A stretch of 64,000 nt of DNA from Podarcis filfolensis (GCA_964270895.1 OZ185435.1); one strand, 5' to 3'. Shown: positions 1 to 12,048, counted from the stretch's first letter. Translations and numbers: made by a program. The notes: generated from the letters alone by a model not told the origin.

Positions 1-1470
1 TGGGCAGGTTGGGTCTCAGTCAGCATATCAGATGGAGCTGGTAGACAGCTGCCCTGGACACAGAACTGACCTGTGCCTCCATGGACAGCTGCGAGTCCAA
101 AATAACTCCTAGGCTGCGCACCCTGTCCCCCCAAAATAGTACTTCTGTCTTATCAGGATTCAACCTCAATCTGTTAGCTACCATCTATCCTCCAACCGCC
201 TCCAGACACTCACAGAGGACCTTCAATGGTTCTGATTTAAAGGAGAGGTAGAACTGGGTATCATCCACATACTGGTGAACACCCAGCCCAAACCTCCTGA
301 TGATCTCTCCTAGATGTTGAAAAGCATTGAGGAGAATACAGAGCCCTGAAACACCCCACAAGTGAGAGCCCAGGGGTCTGAACACTCATCCCCCAACACC
401 ACTTTCTGGACACCACCAAGAAGGAAGGAGTGGAACCACTGCATCACAGTGCCCCCAGCTCCCAACTCCTCTAGATGGTCCAGAAGGATGTCATGGTCAA
501 TGGTGTCAAAGGCCGCTGAGAAATCCAGCAGAACTAGGAAACAGCTTTCACCTTTGTCCCTAGCCCGCCAGAGATTATCGACCAGCGCAACCAAGGCTGT
601 TTCAGTCCCATGATGAGGCTTGAATTCCAATTAGAAGGGATCCAAATGGTCCACATCCTCCAGGCATGCCTGGAGTTGTTCAGCAACCACCCACTCCATC
701 ACCTTGCCCAAGAATGGAAAATTTGAGACTGGGCGATAGTTGGCCATATTGGCTGGGTCCAAAGATGTTTTTTAAGAAGCAATTTAATAACCACTTCTTT
801 AAGCAGGTCTGGAAAGACTCCTTTACAGAGGAAGGTATTCACCAGCCCACGGAGCCCATCACCCAGCCCTTCCTGGTTCGCTTTTATGAGCAGGGCAGGC
901 AAGGATCAAGGATACAGGTGGTCGAATTCACTCGTCCAAGCAGCCTGTCCACATCCTCAGAGGTAACAGACTGGAACTGACCCCATGCAACTTGACTAGA
1001 CAGGACTCTAGCACTCTCCTGCCCTGGTCCCACCACCATGGTGGAGTCTACCTCTTTCCGAATCTGAGTGACTTGATATGCAAAAAACTTTCCAAAATCA
1101 CTGCAGGAGATCTTGGGGTCCTCACCAGGCCCTGACAGCAAAGGTGGTTCCATTAGATTGTGAACCACCTGAAAGAGTCTCCTGCTGCTGTTTTCTGCAG
1201 ATACAATAGAGGCGGCGAAGAAGGTCCTCTTCACCATTGCTATCGCCACTTGGTAGGCTCAACGTTGAGCTCTAACCCATGTTTGGTTCGATTCAGAATG
1301 AATTTTCTGCCCCCGGCACTCTAGCCGTCTCAGCAATTGTTTCATTGTCCTCAGGAAAACCACAGGGCCGTCCGAACTCCATGCAATCGGAGAGGGTGCT
1401 TCAGAGCCAGACAGTCAATGGCCCTGTTTAATTCCGCATTCCAGCGGGCGACCAAGAAATCAGCTGAAAT
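1..1470 (-). mobile_element. L2-clade LINE ORF2 (reverse transcriptase) remnant, frameshifted, running off the window start
   Basis: Consecutive minus-strand ORF pieces 884-1249, 699-902, 310-630 and 185-385 give FFAASIVSAENSSRRLFQVV, FKPHHGTETALVALVDNL, LVLLDFSAAFDTIDH, GVFQGSVFSSMLFNI and HQYVDDTQFYLSF, which are non-LTR RT motifs of L2 type. Stops and frameshifts separate the pieces. Confidence 0.9.
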
Positions 1471-2828
1471 GCCATGGTTTCTCCCAAAGAATAATGGGAA
1501 CTGTAGTTTGTTAAAGGGTGCTAAAAGTTATTAGAAGCCCACTACTCCATGGATTGGGGGCAGAGAGTTGATTTGATGTTATCTATTGCTAAAAAATGGA
1601 AAGTGATAAATACATTTTTTAAAAAAAAGTTAGTGGGTGCAGACAACTCGGTATCAAAAACTTGAGTAGCTTGGTGTGTGATATGACTTCTCCCTCCTAG
1701 CAGATACACAGCAGTGTCATGTCCTTTGCCATTCATATGTTCTGCTAGGGACAACCATTCCTAACACTTGGTGAGCAGCAAGTTACAAGGACAAAATTAA
1801 CTAAGTATTAAAGTGCAACCAGGGTGTGTGCCCGGACTTCAGCTGCCAGCACTGCTGGCTGCATATTTTGGAATAAACTGGAAATGTGGAAAGAAGGATC
1901 CACAATAGTACAAAGCTATGCAATGATATCCTATATCATCTCCATTAAACACAGAAAGCTGGTACTTTCCTGGTCAGCAATTTGGACTAAGGGAACATTC
2001 CACACAGGGAGAAGGAAAACCTTATATGGTGTGCAGGACTCAAACAAACATGCCAAACAATGGCAAATAATTTATGGACATACCTTAAGGTCAACTGACA
2101 TTTGCATTATTTTTGTCATTCTGGATTAAATAGATTTGTACTGATACAAATGTCCAAGTGCCCCATCATCAATGAGGACCCTTATAGGAAATATTTGAAT
2201 GCATGCTTAACTATCAATATGTGTTGACTATTCACATGCATGGACAAAGGGAGCCACAGGACTTTACTGAAGCATAGCAGCCAGCCCTTTCCTGGAAATT
2301 ACTTGTTTTCAAAGTCTGGAAGAATCACCCACTCAAAAAGCCATAGACTATGGAGAACACAAAAGCAAAACCACCTTTTCTGCACAACTGCAAATTAAGT
2401 TTTTGTGGGCATGGTAAATCAGGATCTGAGCATACGGTAGAGCACTTAGAAGACTCCACCATGCTCTCAGCTTATTTGGGCTGCAAAATAATAATAATAA
2501 TAAAGGAGACAGGGCAGAAACCTATCTAAAACAGTCAAAAGCATTTTTTGCCTTTGTGGGATATTCCTAGATGGAGCACTGTGCGGTCCATAAATAATGG
2601 ACATTGCTACAAGAAAGGAGGTCACTTTTTTAAAGGAAATAAGCACTTCTGTGCTAGAAAAGTGAGACCTGAAGAAGTATAAAAAGGTTTTTTGAGAAAA
2701 TCTTCAAATTGCAAGGCACAGCTAAAAGCAGGCAGAGAGGAGCAGTCTTTCTATAACTTTGTTGCCCCAAAATATCCATGCTGTGGGAAATTGCAGTCGA
2801 ACAAAACAAGAAAACATAGGGCTAATTA

Positions 2829-2978
2829 CCGTATTTTTCCGTGTATAAGACGCCCCCTATTTTGGGGGACTCCAAATTAAGAACACACCCCTCAGCACTA
2901 CCCATGTGTAAGAAGAGGCCCAATTTTAAACCCAACTTTTTGGTTAAAACACCTAGTCTTAAACACGGAAAAATATGG
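2829..2978. mobile_element. 150-bp Tc1/mariner-superfamily MITE
   Basis: TIRs CCGTATTTTTCCGTGTATAAGAC and GTCTTAAACACGGAAAAATATGG (near-perfect inverted match), flanked by TA at 2827-2828 and 2979-2980. Confidence 0.85.
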
Positions 2979-4668
2979 TAATGCATGAAGGGGTTAAGAC
3001 CACAGTTCTATTGCTAGACTCAGTTAGGTCACACCCCCTCACCTTTGGTGAGGAAGTGAAGCTTCTTTCCTTTCCTTACACTATCTTTGTGCCATGTAAT
3101 CGACCAGGAAGGACATGTCTGAACTTGCTAAGACTCGGTGTTTGAAGCTAATTATCTGTATTTTGTACCCAAGAGCATTCTACCTGTGTTCTCCTTGCTG
3201 CAGCATGGAATAATGCATGAATTTGGCATTTGGGTTTTGTTAGTAAAGCTTTTAAACGAGTGTGATTTGCTCATTGACAGAGCGGTAAAGAGAGGGGCAA
3301 GTGCTGTAAGCAGATTAAACAGGATATGAAATGGGGTCTAACAACCTATATTCCCATGCTATGCTGCAGCTTAACACTATGACTGTTTTAGATTTTGCTG
3401 GAGGTTCTCCTCTGACGGAGTGTGTGCAAAGTCCTGTGTTTTGAATCCAGGCATCCAGCTGGTTCTTTTATTAATTAACCCACACAAGGGCCACATATCT
3501 TATTTTCCTCCCACACATGCAAGTACTCCTTTCTTTTACTATTACAGGAGGAGAGTGCAGAGTCTCCAATACATTTTACACATTGTTTTTTAAAAACACA
3601 CAGAGAAAATTCATTAGTCAGTGCAACATGTGGTAGATTGTGATGGGAAATGCACTTTCCCAGTGACAAAATACAGCCTTTTGGAGAACTAGAAAAGTCC
3701 AGATCCCACCTTTATTCCATGGAATTCAAGGTGGTAGACATATAAATGCAGCACCCCAAAAATAGGAGGACTTTCATAAAGGAAAGTGCCAAAATCACCC
3801 AATAAGCTGTACAGAGATCTGTAGTATAACAGCTAAGAGAATGAACTATGAATAAAAAGTCCTTGGTTTAAATCTCACCTCTACAATGAACTTAGGTCAT
3901 TGCTTTTTGAAAATAGGCCTTGGGCCACTTTCAGGTGGGCCTCAGAACCACAGACTGCTTAGTGCCTCCTCATTTGCCTGTCCAGCCCCCGTAACCATGC
4001 CACAGCCTTTCAGTTGGACCAGTATCAGCACAAGCAACTCCTTTTGCAAGATGAGTAACGGTGACAAAGCAAGAGAGAAGTTCAGGAAGAGTTGGAGGAA
4101 AGGAAGTTCTTCCTCTGAAGGAAAAGGGACAGGGGAGGTGTTATTAAAGGGAAATGAGATGAAAGGTTAATATTTTTTATCAGTGGTAATAGAAAATAAT
4201 AAACGAACTAATTGAACATAGAAAGGAAGTGGATAGAAAGGAAGTTTAAAGGAGGAAGAAGTGAATGTAAAAAGACAATAGAGGGAGGAAAGAAACTGGT
4301 TGGGGGGCAAGGGGGTAAGTTGAGTATGGAAGGAGAATGGATGATAAAATTACTGGAGATGGGGGTAAAAACCTCTGAAAGGCAGGTAGCGTGAGAAGGG
4401 GGGAAATATAAAAGAAAAAGCTTTCTCCACTTTGTCTCTGGATCAACCAAATCTGCCTTAAATGGGGAGGCTGCCAAAATACCTCCAGAGCAAATGTCTG
4501 TACTTCACTTGAGGAAAGCTGAAATACCAAACTCCATATCACAAAGAAAATGCTGCAAGGAATGCAGCATTTTCCAAATTTAAGTTAGATATGATGTCAG
4601 TAATTGCCAACTAATGCCAAATTCTGCCTATTTGCCACCATTTTGTGCCTGCCCCTGCCCCTACACTT

Positions 4669-4903
4669 GGAAAGCCAGTGTGGTGTAATGGTTAGGGTGC
4701 TGGTCTGGAACCTAGGAGACCAGAGTTTGAATCCCCACTCAGCCATGAAGCTCAGTGTGTGATATGGGGCCAATCACTGTCTCTCAGCCTAACCTACCTC
4801 ACAGAGTTGTTGTGAGAGTAAAATGGGGAGGAAAATAATAATACAGCCCCCATTGAGCTCCTTGGAGGAAAAGGTAGTATATAAATGTAATAAAAATAAT
4901 AAT
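4669..4903 (+). mobile_element. tRNA-derived SINE (MIR/Squam3-like)
   Basis: A-box-like TGGTGTAATGG (4681), B-box-like GTTTGAATCC (4725-4734), core CTCAGCCTAACCTACCTCACAG and an A/T-rich tail. Family name is from recall. Confidence 0.75.
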
Positions 4904-6099
4904 GTACCACTATTTTTTGACTGGTGGGCCTCAGCAATTTTCAGCCACTGCAAGTAGGTCCTAGGGGTAGAATATGTGAAATCCCCTGCACTAGGTAGCC
5001 TTAAGTACTTCATTTATCTCATTCTCTGCCCGCCTGCTAAATCAGTAATAATACTGACTTAGCTTAAAAGGTTATAGTAAGGATTACAGAAAGATAAAAT
5101 AAATGAAATATTTTGAACATCCAAAGCGCTATAAAAATTAAAAATATTATTACATTTATTAAGGGAGGAGAAACAACTGTGTTGAAAGGTTCTGCAGAAG
5201 CCCAAGATATACACTGTTGTTTGATTAAGCCCTCATTCAGCTGCCTCTGGAACAGTGATAGCCATCATTGCTTTTCTTTACTCAAGCCAACGCTTTTTTT
5301 CTAGAAAAATACGGTAGGTGCTGGTACTCACCATGAAGTTGTTACAGTAAGTGCCACACTTTTTAACAGCAACTAAAAGAGGTGCAGTTACTGTGTACCC
5401 TTGCATACCCCCTGAGAAAAGCACTGCTCAAGCCCATTTCCTTTCAAAGGAAACTATTTGTACCGAAAGACTTCCTGAATAGGAAGAACACAGCCCCAAG
5501 CTTTCCTGTGGGATGTCATAAAAAAGGAGGGCAGGAGTCTGAATGAAGGAGGCAGAAAGAAGGGGGCTCAGAGAACCATAGCACTCCATGCCCACAATCA
5601 GGGATTGGCTCTGTTGTACCATGGCCCTCCATAGCTTTTTCATCCAAGGCAGAGTCTTCTCAAAAAGCAAGTTTTAAGCCTTGCAGAATATCTTAGGGAG
5701 AAGAAAAGGCAAAGGAGTAAACCCTTAGGTTGCTTGGCATCTTGTATGCCTCCTTCCAGCAACTACTGCAGCCAGGTTGGTGTCAAACATATTGCTCTGC
5801 TTCCTTTGGACCACATCAGTGAGGCCGAGAGGGGGGTCTTCTTGTCTGGGCAGCCCAGGACCTCCCGTACATACTGCCCAGGCTTGTGCCCCTGGGAGGT
5901 CACTTCAGTGATGCCAACACAGTGGTTCGACTTCACCCGTGGAGGCACACCTCTATGTCACTTGAGATAGGCGGATGCCAGCAACAAAGCTCTCCCCCAG
6001 CCCACAGAGCCCTGAAGACCCTTAACCAATCTCTGACTGGAACCACCACAGGAAACAGCCCATGAATCTGCACGTTTGTTCTGAACATAGGCCCACTAT

Positions 6100-6250
6100 G
6101 GATGAGCTTACCACATCTGGATAGGCAGTTAGGTGTTGCACATGGGAGGCATGGATTAAAGTCCCACCTATATCAGGGTTTAACTGTGTGGCCTCGGGCC
6201 AGTCACAAGTCCCCAGTCACCTACCTCCATAGGGCTGCTGTGAGGGCGAA
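6100..6250 (+). mobile_element. Degenerate MIR-like SINE fragment
   Basis: GGCCAGTCAC...CACCTACCTCCATAGGGCTGCTGTGAGG resembles the core of the 4669-4903 element. Confidence 0.45.
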
Positions 6251-6573
6251 CACTATATTGATCGAATGTTATACTGGTTTCATTCAGCATTATGAAAAGA
6301 TTGCTTACATACAAATATTTATGTCCACAGGCCAGCAGCTACATGGAACCACTAACAGGTCACATAATGTGGCATATTCCCATCACACAACCCCCGCAGT
6401 ATAACAAAGAGGCCGCAAATTACACCTACCTGTGAGCCTCTAAAGTCCATGGGAACCCAAACAGTGGCCAGATTACCTTGCGATTACATTTGAGCCAAAG
6501 CCCATTTTCCTGTTCCCTTTTTGATACACACCCTTTGCTCCCCCAAGCCACCCCATTTCCTCCCCCCCCATAC

Positions 6574-6878
6574 CTGATAGTTTTCTTGGCAGCCTTGCCC
6601 GGGTTGGGAGGCTTGTAGGGCAGGACGCGGGGCTCCCAGCTCTGCTCAGGCTCCGTGCCCATCCCCACAGGGACGGAGTTGGGCTTGCGGGCGGCGTTGC
6701 CCTGCCCGCCTTGGTGCTGCTGCTGCTCCATGCCCCCATCTCGCAGGCTGCCCTGGCTGGGGCCGCAGGGCTCCTCCACCCAGGTGACACTGAGCAGGCT
6801 GAGGGTGAAGCCCAGGGACACCCCCACCACCACAGGCCCCACAGGGCGCAGGAGGGACAGCACCAGGGAGAAGCGCAT
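6574..6878 (-). CDS. CHPF: Chondroitin polymerizing factor, first coding exon (101 codons + 2 nt); downstream exons lie beyond the left edge
   Basis: Translates MRFSLVLSLLRPVGPVVVGVSLGFTLSLLSVTWVEEPCG...WEPRVLPYKPPNPGKAAKKTIR, matching the vertebrate CHPF N-terminal signal anchor as recalled. Kozak GGCGCCATG at 6878, donor AG|GTATGG at 6574/6573. No further CHPF exons were seen in 1-6573. Confidence 0.95.
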
Positions 6879-7745
6879 GGCGCCAGTGCGCTGGGGAGAG
6901 GCTGGGGCACCTGGGCACAAGCAGGGCAGCGTGGCAAGGGGGGGGAAGAGCTGTCTCGAGTTGAAGGGGACACCGGGAGAAGCGCCTCGGTGGCCAAACA
7001 GGGGAAGGGGCTCAAGGGCGTGCCTTTAAACCTCCTGAGGGGAAGGGGGGAAGCTGTGGGGAGTCCTGAGGCCAAGGAGCCCGGGGGCTCTTGCCCACGA
7101 AGGTCACCAGGGGGCTTCTCCGGCAGGCCGAGGGGTCATGGGGGTCGGTGGCTCCTGCCAGGAAGGGCCGCTCCGACGAGGCGCCGGAGCAAAGCGGGGG
7201 GGAGCGAACCGGGTCCCGGCTTCGGGTCCTGGGAAGGGGGAGGGGCCGCCGCTGCCAAGCAACGGAGGGGGCGGGGCGGGCCGGCCCAATTCTGGAACAC
7301 TTGCGGGATCCGGAGCCTTATTGGTCTAGAGCCGCCCCATCCCGACCCGCGAGGGAGCAGAAAGGCGGAAGGCGCGAGGGGCGGTGGGCAGGGGAGGCGC
7401 CGCTCCTGGGTTGTCTCGCAGGAGATCCGCCGCCGGCGCCGTCCGACGTGTCACCCCCGCGCAATCCCCGCCCCCTCCGCTCGACGTCACTGGGCCGGCC
7501 GCACCCCCAGCCAATGCCCGCCCGAAGATGCGCGCTCGTCAAAGCCCGCCTTAGGTTTTCTGGACCGTTGATTGAAAGAAGGTGCGGCGAGAGCGGGCGG
7601 GGGGTCCGCGGGCCCAGCTGTCCCGCGTGAGCCAGGCAAACTTCCGCTGCTGCTGCTTGTGATGATGCTGCAGGGAGGGAACTGGAGCGCAACCCGTTCT
7701 CAGGCTGCTAGAGGTGGAGGCCTCGCGGGGCTCCCAGACCTCGGA
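6620..7745. promoter_or_regulatory. CpG island 1 (CHPF promoter, possibly bidirectional)
   Basis: Very GC/CpG-rich. GC boxes at 7268-7276 and 7466-7474, CCAAT at 7286 and 7511, ATTGG at 7320, CRE-like CGACGTCA at 7482-7489. Confidence 0.85.
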
Positions 7746-8300
7746 GAGGTGCAGTTTTATGTAGTTTACTTTTTGTTCTACCTTGGGAATTTCTAACGTT
7801 TTGCTTTTATTTTGTGCTTTGAACGCCATTTCTCAGAGCTCAAACTTACAAAAATTGCATACGCTCAAGAGTGTTTGCAAAAGAGACCTGTTGGCTTGGC
7901 AACCGTATCAACTGAGCATGCCCAAGCATCACTTGACCAGAAGGATTTGGTGGCAAAATTTGCAAAGGAGTGAGATTTTGATGTGCCTGAGACTGAAACT
8001 TTTAAGAGACTTAAAATTTAACATCACTCTTCACAAGATTGTTCAAAATTATTTGTGTGCCAAAACATTTTCTTCTGGTATTTGAGAAAAAATGATGAAA
8101 CGTTGTTGTATCATTATTGCAATTTAAAATAAATTTAACAGTTTCAAGTTTTGTGTTTTTCATTTTTTCCACAATACATTATCCATTTTTGAAGGTGCAA
8201 AATAGCACAGCATAGCACACAAAATCAGGCCCAATGCAAGCAGAAAACTACTGGAGTAGGGAGGCACGTTTTGTGTTAGTTACAGGGGTTGCAGCCTACT

Positions 8301-9275
8301 GTTGTTGTTGTTTAGTTGTGTCCAACTCTTCGTGACCCCATGGACCAGAGCACGCCAGGCACTCCTGTCTTCCACTGCCTCCCGCAGTTTGGTCAACTCA
8401 TGTTTGTAGCTTCGAGAACACTGTCCAACCATCTCATCCTCTGTCGTGCCCTTCTCCTTGTGCCCTCCATCTTTCACAACATCAGGGTCTTTTCCAGGGA
8501 GTCTTCTCATCTCATGAGATGGCCAAAGTATTGGAGCCTCAGCTTCAGGATCTGTCCTTCCAGTGAGCACTCAGGGCTGATTTCCTTAAGAATGGATAGG
8601 TTTGATCTTCTTGCAGTCCATGGGACTCTCAAGAGTCTCCTCCAGCACCACAATTCAAAAGCATCAATTCTTCAGCGATCAGCCTTCTTTATGGTCCAGC
8701 TCTCACGTCCATACATCAGTAATGGGAAAACCATAGCTTTAACTATACGGACCTTTGTTGGCAAGGTGATGGCTCTGTTTTTTAAGATGCTGTCTAGGTT
8801 TGTCATTGCTTTTCTCCCAAGAAGCAGGAATCTTTTAATTTCGTGACTGCTGTCACCATCTGCAGTGATCATGGAACCCAAGAAAGTAAAATCTCTCAAT
8901 GCCTCCATTTCTTCCCCTTCTATTTGCCAGGAGGTGATGGAGCTTCAGACCATATTTTGCGCTCTCCTCTTTCGCCCTCATTAAAAGGTTCTTTAATTCC
9001 TCCTCACTTTCTGCCATCAAGGTTGCGTCATCTCCATATCTGAGGCTGTTGATATTTCTTCCAGCAATCTGAATTCTGGCTTGGGATTCATCCAGTCCAG
9101 CCTTTCGCATGATGAATTCTGCATATAAGTTAAATAAGCAGGGAGACAATATACAGCCTTGTCGTACTCCTTTCCCAATTTTGAACCAATCAGTTGTTCC
9201 ATATCCAGTTCTAACTGTAGCTTCTTGTCCCACATAGAGATTTCTCAGGAGACAGATGAATTGATCAGGCCTACT
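8301..9275 (-). mobile_element. 5'-truncated BovB (RTE-clade) LINE with target-site duplication
   Basis: ORFs 8853-9233, 8672-8908 and 8280-8570 give TDWFKIGKGVRQGCILSPCLFNLYAE, FTFLGSMITADGDSSHEIKR and LREAVEDRSAWRALVHGVTKS. (CAA)n tail at 8301-8311. AGCCTACT occurs at 8293-8300 and 9276-9283 (8-bp TSD). Confidence 0.93.
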
Positions 9276-9884
9276 AGCCTACTAGTTACATTCTACAGAC
9301 GGGAGTTTATTTGTATATGGGGCAGGATTCAAATGCAATCTAATATATTTTCATTTCAGGGTCAGCCCAATAGGTGAAAGGCAAAATGGTGCCCACTGCC
9401 CACACAGAAGCATGCAAGCCTGGCAGCAGAATCTTACTTCAACAACTAGGGATGAGGTCCTCTGCTGTACCTAAGCCAGTTTAGAGAGGACAGGAGGGGT
9501 AGTACTGAAGCATCTGTCATCCAACAGAGGGAAATAGATGGGAGACCTGAGAGGAACAGCCAGGGAGCTGCCATTGTTGCCCCCTGCCCAGCCCCAGCTG
9601 TTCACCTTAGTTTGCCTAATCTTAGGGCTGGCTTTGCTTACATCATATCACAACAGGTCTTTACTACCATATTCTGCTGTATGTATAGATCAGACCTCAT
9701 ACGTGTTGGGGAAGCCATTTCACATACTGTGGGCTCCTCCAGACAACCTGTTTATTTAGCATTTATCCTGATTTGCTTGTAGAGTTTTTATACCCCTTCT
9801 TATTAACCATTACCCTCTTTTCAGTGCATTTCCATGTCACCTTCCAAACTGCAAAAAGTCTAATTCTTTTTTAAAGTGGATTTG

Positions 9885-10044
9885 TTGCACTAGGGCAATG
9901 GAGCCCATGGGTGGGGGCAGCTGCCCCCCTAAATCAAGTAAATAAATAAAAATACTTAACTGACCAATTGCATGGTAGATAACTCAGTTCTGCCCCCCAC
10001 CAACATAAAGCCTGTCCCCCTAAAATAAATCCTGGCTAAGCCCA
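9885..10044. mobile_element. Possible degenerate hAT-type MITE
   Basis: Ends in TCCTGGCTAAGCCCATG and has internal GGGGGCAG/CTGCCCCCC inverted motifs. The left end is decayed and no TSD was found. Confidence 0.35.
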
Positions 10045-10948
10045 TGATGGAGCCCTTCAATGGACCAGCAAATCTAAAGTTCAAGCATACACTTGTATCC
10101 CACCCACAAAATAGTGACAGGAGGCATCATTTGTGGCACGAAAAGTTACAGGATTTTAGCAGGAAACTACATGATGCCCAAAACATTTTGCAGGCACAAA
10201 TTGTTATGAAAGCACGATTGTGTATAATCGCCACCGAAGATCACGAGCATAAATAATGATGAATGCTTAATAAAAATGATGCCTGAAGGGGCCCGTCATT
10301 TAAGAAACAACTTCCAAGGAAGGCGATCCCACAGCTTGTACTCGTCAGGAAACTAATTTCATTAGCCTAAATCTGATGCACTTAATTTGACTCACTTGCA
10401 GCTTGTTTTGAAAATGAACTCGGCTGCAGAAGAAAATAATATGGCCTGTGGGTAAAATGATTTTGTTGAGCCAAGGTAGATAGGATCAAGCTATCTAGCA
10501 TTCCCATTTTAGTGTTTTTCTTACAAGTGCACAGTGCCTTATTTTTGGCTTTGTAAAATTGTTATCATGGTCATTACAATGCTCAAAATTGTTCATGCAT
10601 TAATCCATTAATTACTTTTGATTAAAAACTAATTCTTCACCTCATTTACAGTTGTTCCTGTTGTATCACCTGAAAGTTAGCTGCAAAGTCTCTTTATTTA
10701 TTTTATCTAGTCATTAATGAATATATTCAGTGTTGTGACATCTAGGGCACTCTTCTCAGCTCCAATTTTGAACTTGATTTATTGTTGCATTTATGTCTAA
10801 ACCCTACTTAAAAGTAATTTGGCTTTTCATTACAGAGCCTCATAGATCAGCTAAAACCATGTAACATGCACACACACAATATATATCTACAGTATTACTT
10901 TTACATTTTTCATATAAAACCCTAGTATTAGAACCTGTGATCCAAGTA

Positions 10949-11174
10949 CAGTGGTACCTCGGGTTAAGTACTTAATTCGTTCCGGAGGTCCGTTCTTAAC
11001 CTGAAATAGTTCTTAACCTGAAGCACCACTTTAGCTAATGGGGCCTCCTGCTGCTGCTGTGCCGCCGGAGCACAATTTCTGTTCTCATCCTGAAGCAAAG
11101 TTCTTAACCCAAGGTACTATTTCTGGGTTAGTGGAGTCTGTAACCTGAAGTGTATGTAACCCGAGGTACCACTG
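10949..11174. mobile_element. 226-bp Tigger-like (Tc1/mariner) MITE
   Basis: Perfect 18-bp TIR CAGTGGTACCTCGGGTTA / TAACCCGAGGTACCACTG, with TA TSD at 10947-10948 and 11175-11176. Confidence 0.92.
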
Positions 11175-11248
11175 TACCTTCCACATCATTTTTCAGAAGG
11201 GTTGCAAAATTGCACAACTTTAGGCAGATCCACACCATCCACTTAGAG

Positions 11249-11428
11249 CAGAGCTTTCCAAGCATTTCATGTTGGTGACACACTTTTTAGACATGCATCA
11301 TTTCGCGACACAGTAATTCAGTTTTACTAGCAAGCCCTTTCCTGCCCCAGGATGAGTGCGGGAAGCATTCGCACCACCACTGCAGCCAACACACTAACGT
11401 GCCATGACACACATTTCGGAAAGCTCTA
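11249..11428. mobile_element. 180-bp hAT-type MITE
   Basis: TIR CAGAGCTTTCC / GGAAAGCTCTA (1 mismatch). 8-bp TSD ACTTAGAG (11241-11248) / ATTTAGAG (11429-11436). Confidence 0.8.
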
Positions 11429-11431
11429 ATT

Positions 11432-11598
11432 TAGAGCATATCCAACTGACATTTAAATCGCATGGCACCCCCCAAAGAAGCCAGGGAGCTGTAGTTTCCC
11501 TCACAAAGTTACAATTCCCAGCATCCTTTACAAACTACAGTTCCCAGGATTCTTTGGGGGGAAATCATGCCCTTTAAATATGTGTTGGATATGCTTTA
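11432..11598. mobile_element. Long-palindrome MITE (core CCAAAGAATCCTGGGAACTGTAGTTT family)
   Basis: Inverted arms of about 65 bp: TAGAGCATATCCAAC...CCCCCCAAAGAAGCCAGGGAGCTGTAGTTT versus AAACTACAGTTCCCAGGATTCTTTGGGGGG...GTTGGATATGCTTTA. Related cores occur at about 1473-1530 and 40751-40848. Confidence 0.75.
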
Positions 11599-11895
11599 AA
11601 TGTACAACAAAGAAACACAAAACTAGAACTGCCAGATGGAAAAGGGCACAGGGCTACTGCAACTTTAACAGCCACACAGAAGAAAATATGCTATCAAGTG
11701 TACATTGCATGACAAGCAACACCTGCTGAAATTCCCTTTTCCACATAAGGTGCAGGAGCCCTGTTATTTCCAGCTGGCCAGACTACATAAAAAACCTTAT
11801 TTTTATTCCCCTCCTACATCATCTTTACAGTGCCACCCCTAGATTTGGCATTAGCCTCAAGCTACTAGCATTTCATGTACCAGATCTTTAATGAA

Positions 11896-11982
11896 TCAGA
11901 CTGCAATTTTAAACACACTTACTAGGGAATAAGTTCCATTAGATGTAGTGGGACTTCTGAGTAAACTTGCATAGGATTGCAC
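11896..11982. mobile_element. Small palindromic squamate interspersed repeat (MITE-like)
   Basis: Inverted ends GACTGCAATTTTAAACAC / CATAGGATTGCACT with internal CTTACT/AGTAAA symmetry. Family assignment is from recall. Confidence 0.45.
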
Positions 11983-12044
11983 TATCACACACTGACACAC
12001 AAAGGCTATCTATACCCAATAAACAGCCCCCCCAAAACCCTCTC

Positions 12045-12048
<4 letters not shown>

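Noticed and set aside
2020-2029. Perfect CArG box CCTTATATGG in CHPF intron 1
   Set aside because: About four such matches are expected by chance in 64 kb, and there is no supporting motif cluster.
4060-4420. Purine-rich tract with a short ATAGAAAGGAAGT duplication
   Set aside because: Low-complexity sequence with no ORF homology or discrete structure.
4669-4760. tRNA-like A/B boxes (also at about 38700, 46330, 61360 and 63020)
   Set aside because: Each continues into a SINE body and tail with no complete cloverleaf, so they are SINE heads rather than tRNA genes.
6473-7829. Long ORFs in CpG island 1 (for example 6711-7571, 286 aa; 6473-7075, 200 aa; 7091-7630)
   Set aside because: Low-complexity Gly/Arg/Pro/Ala translations open on both strands, as expected from stop-codon scarcity in GC-rich DNA. 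No recognisable domain.
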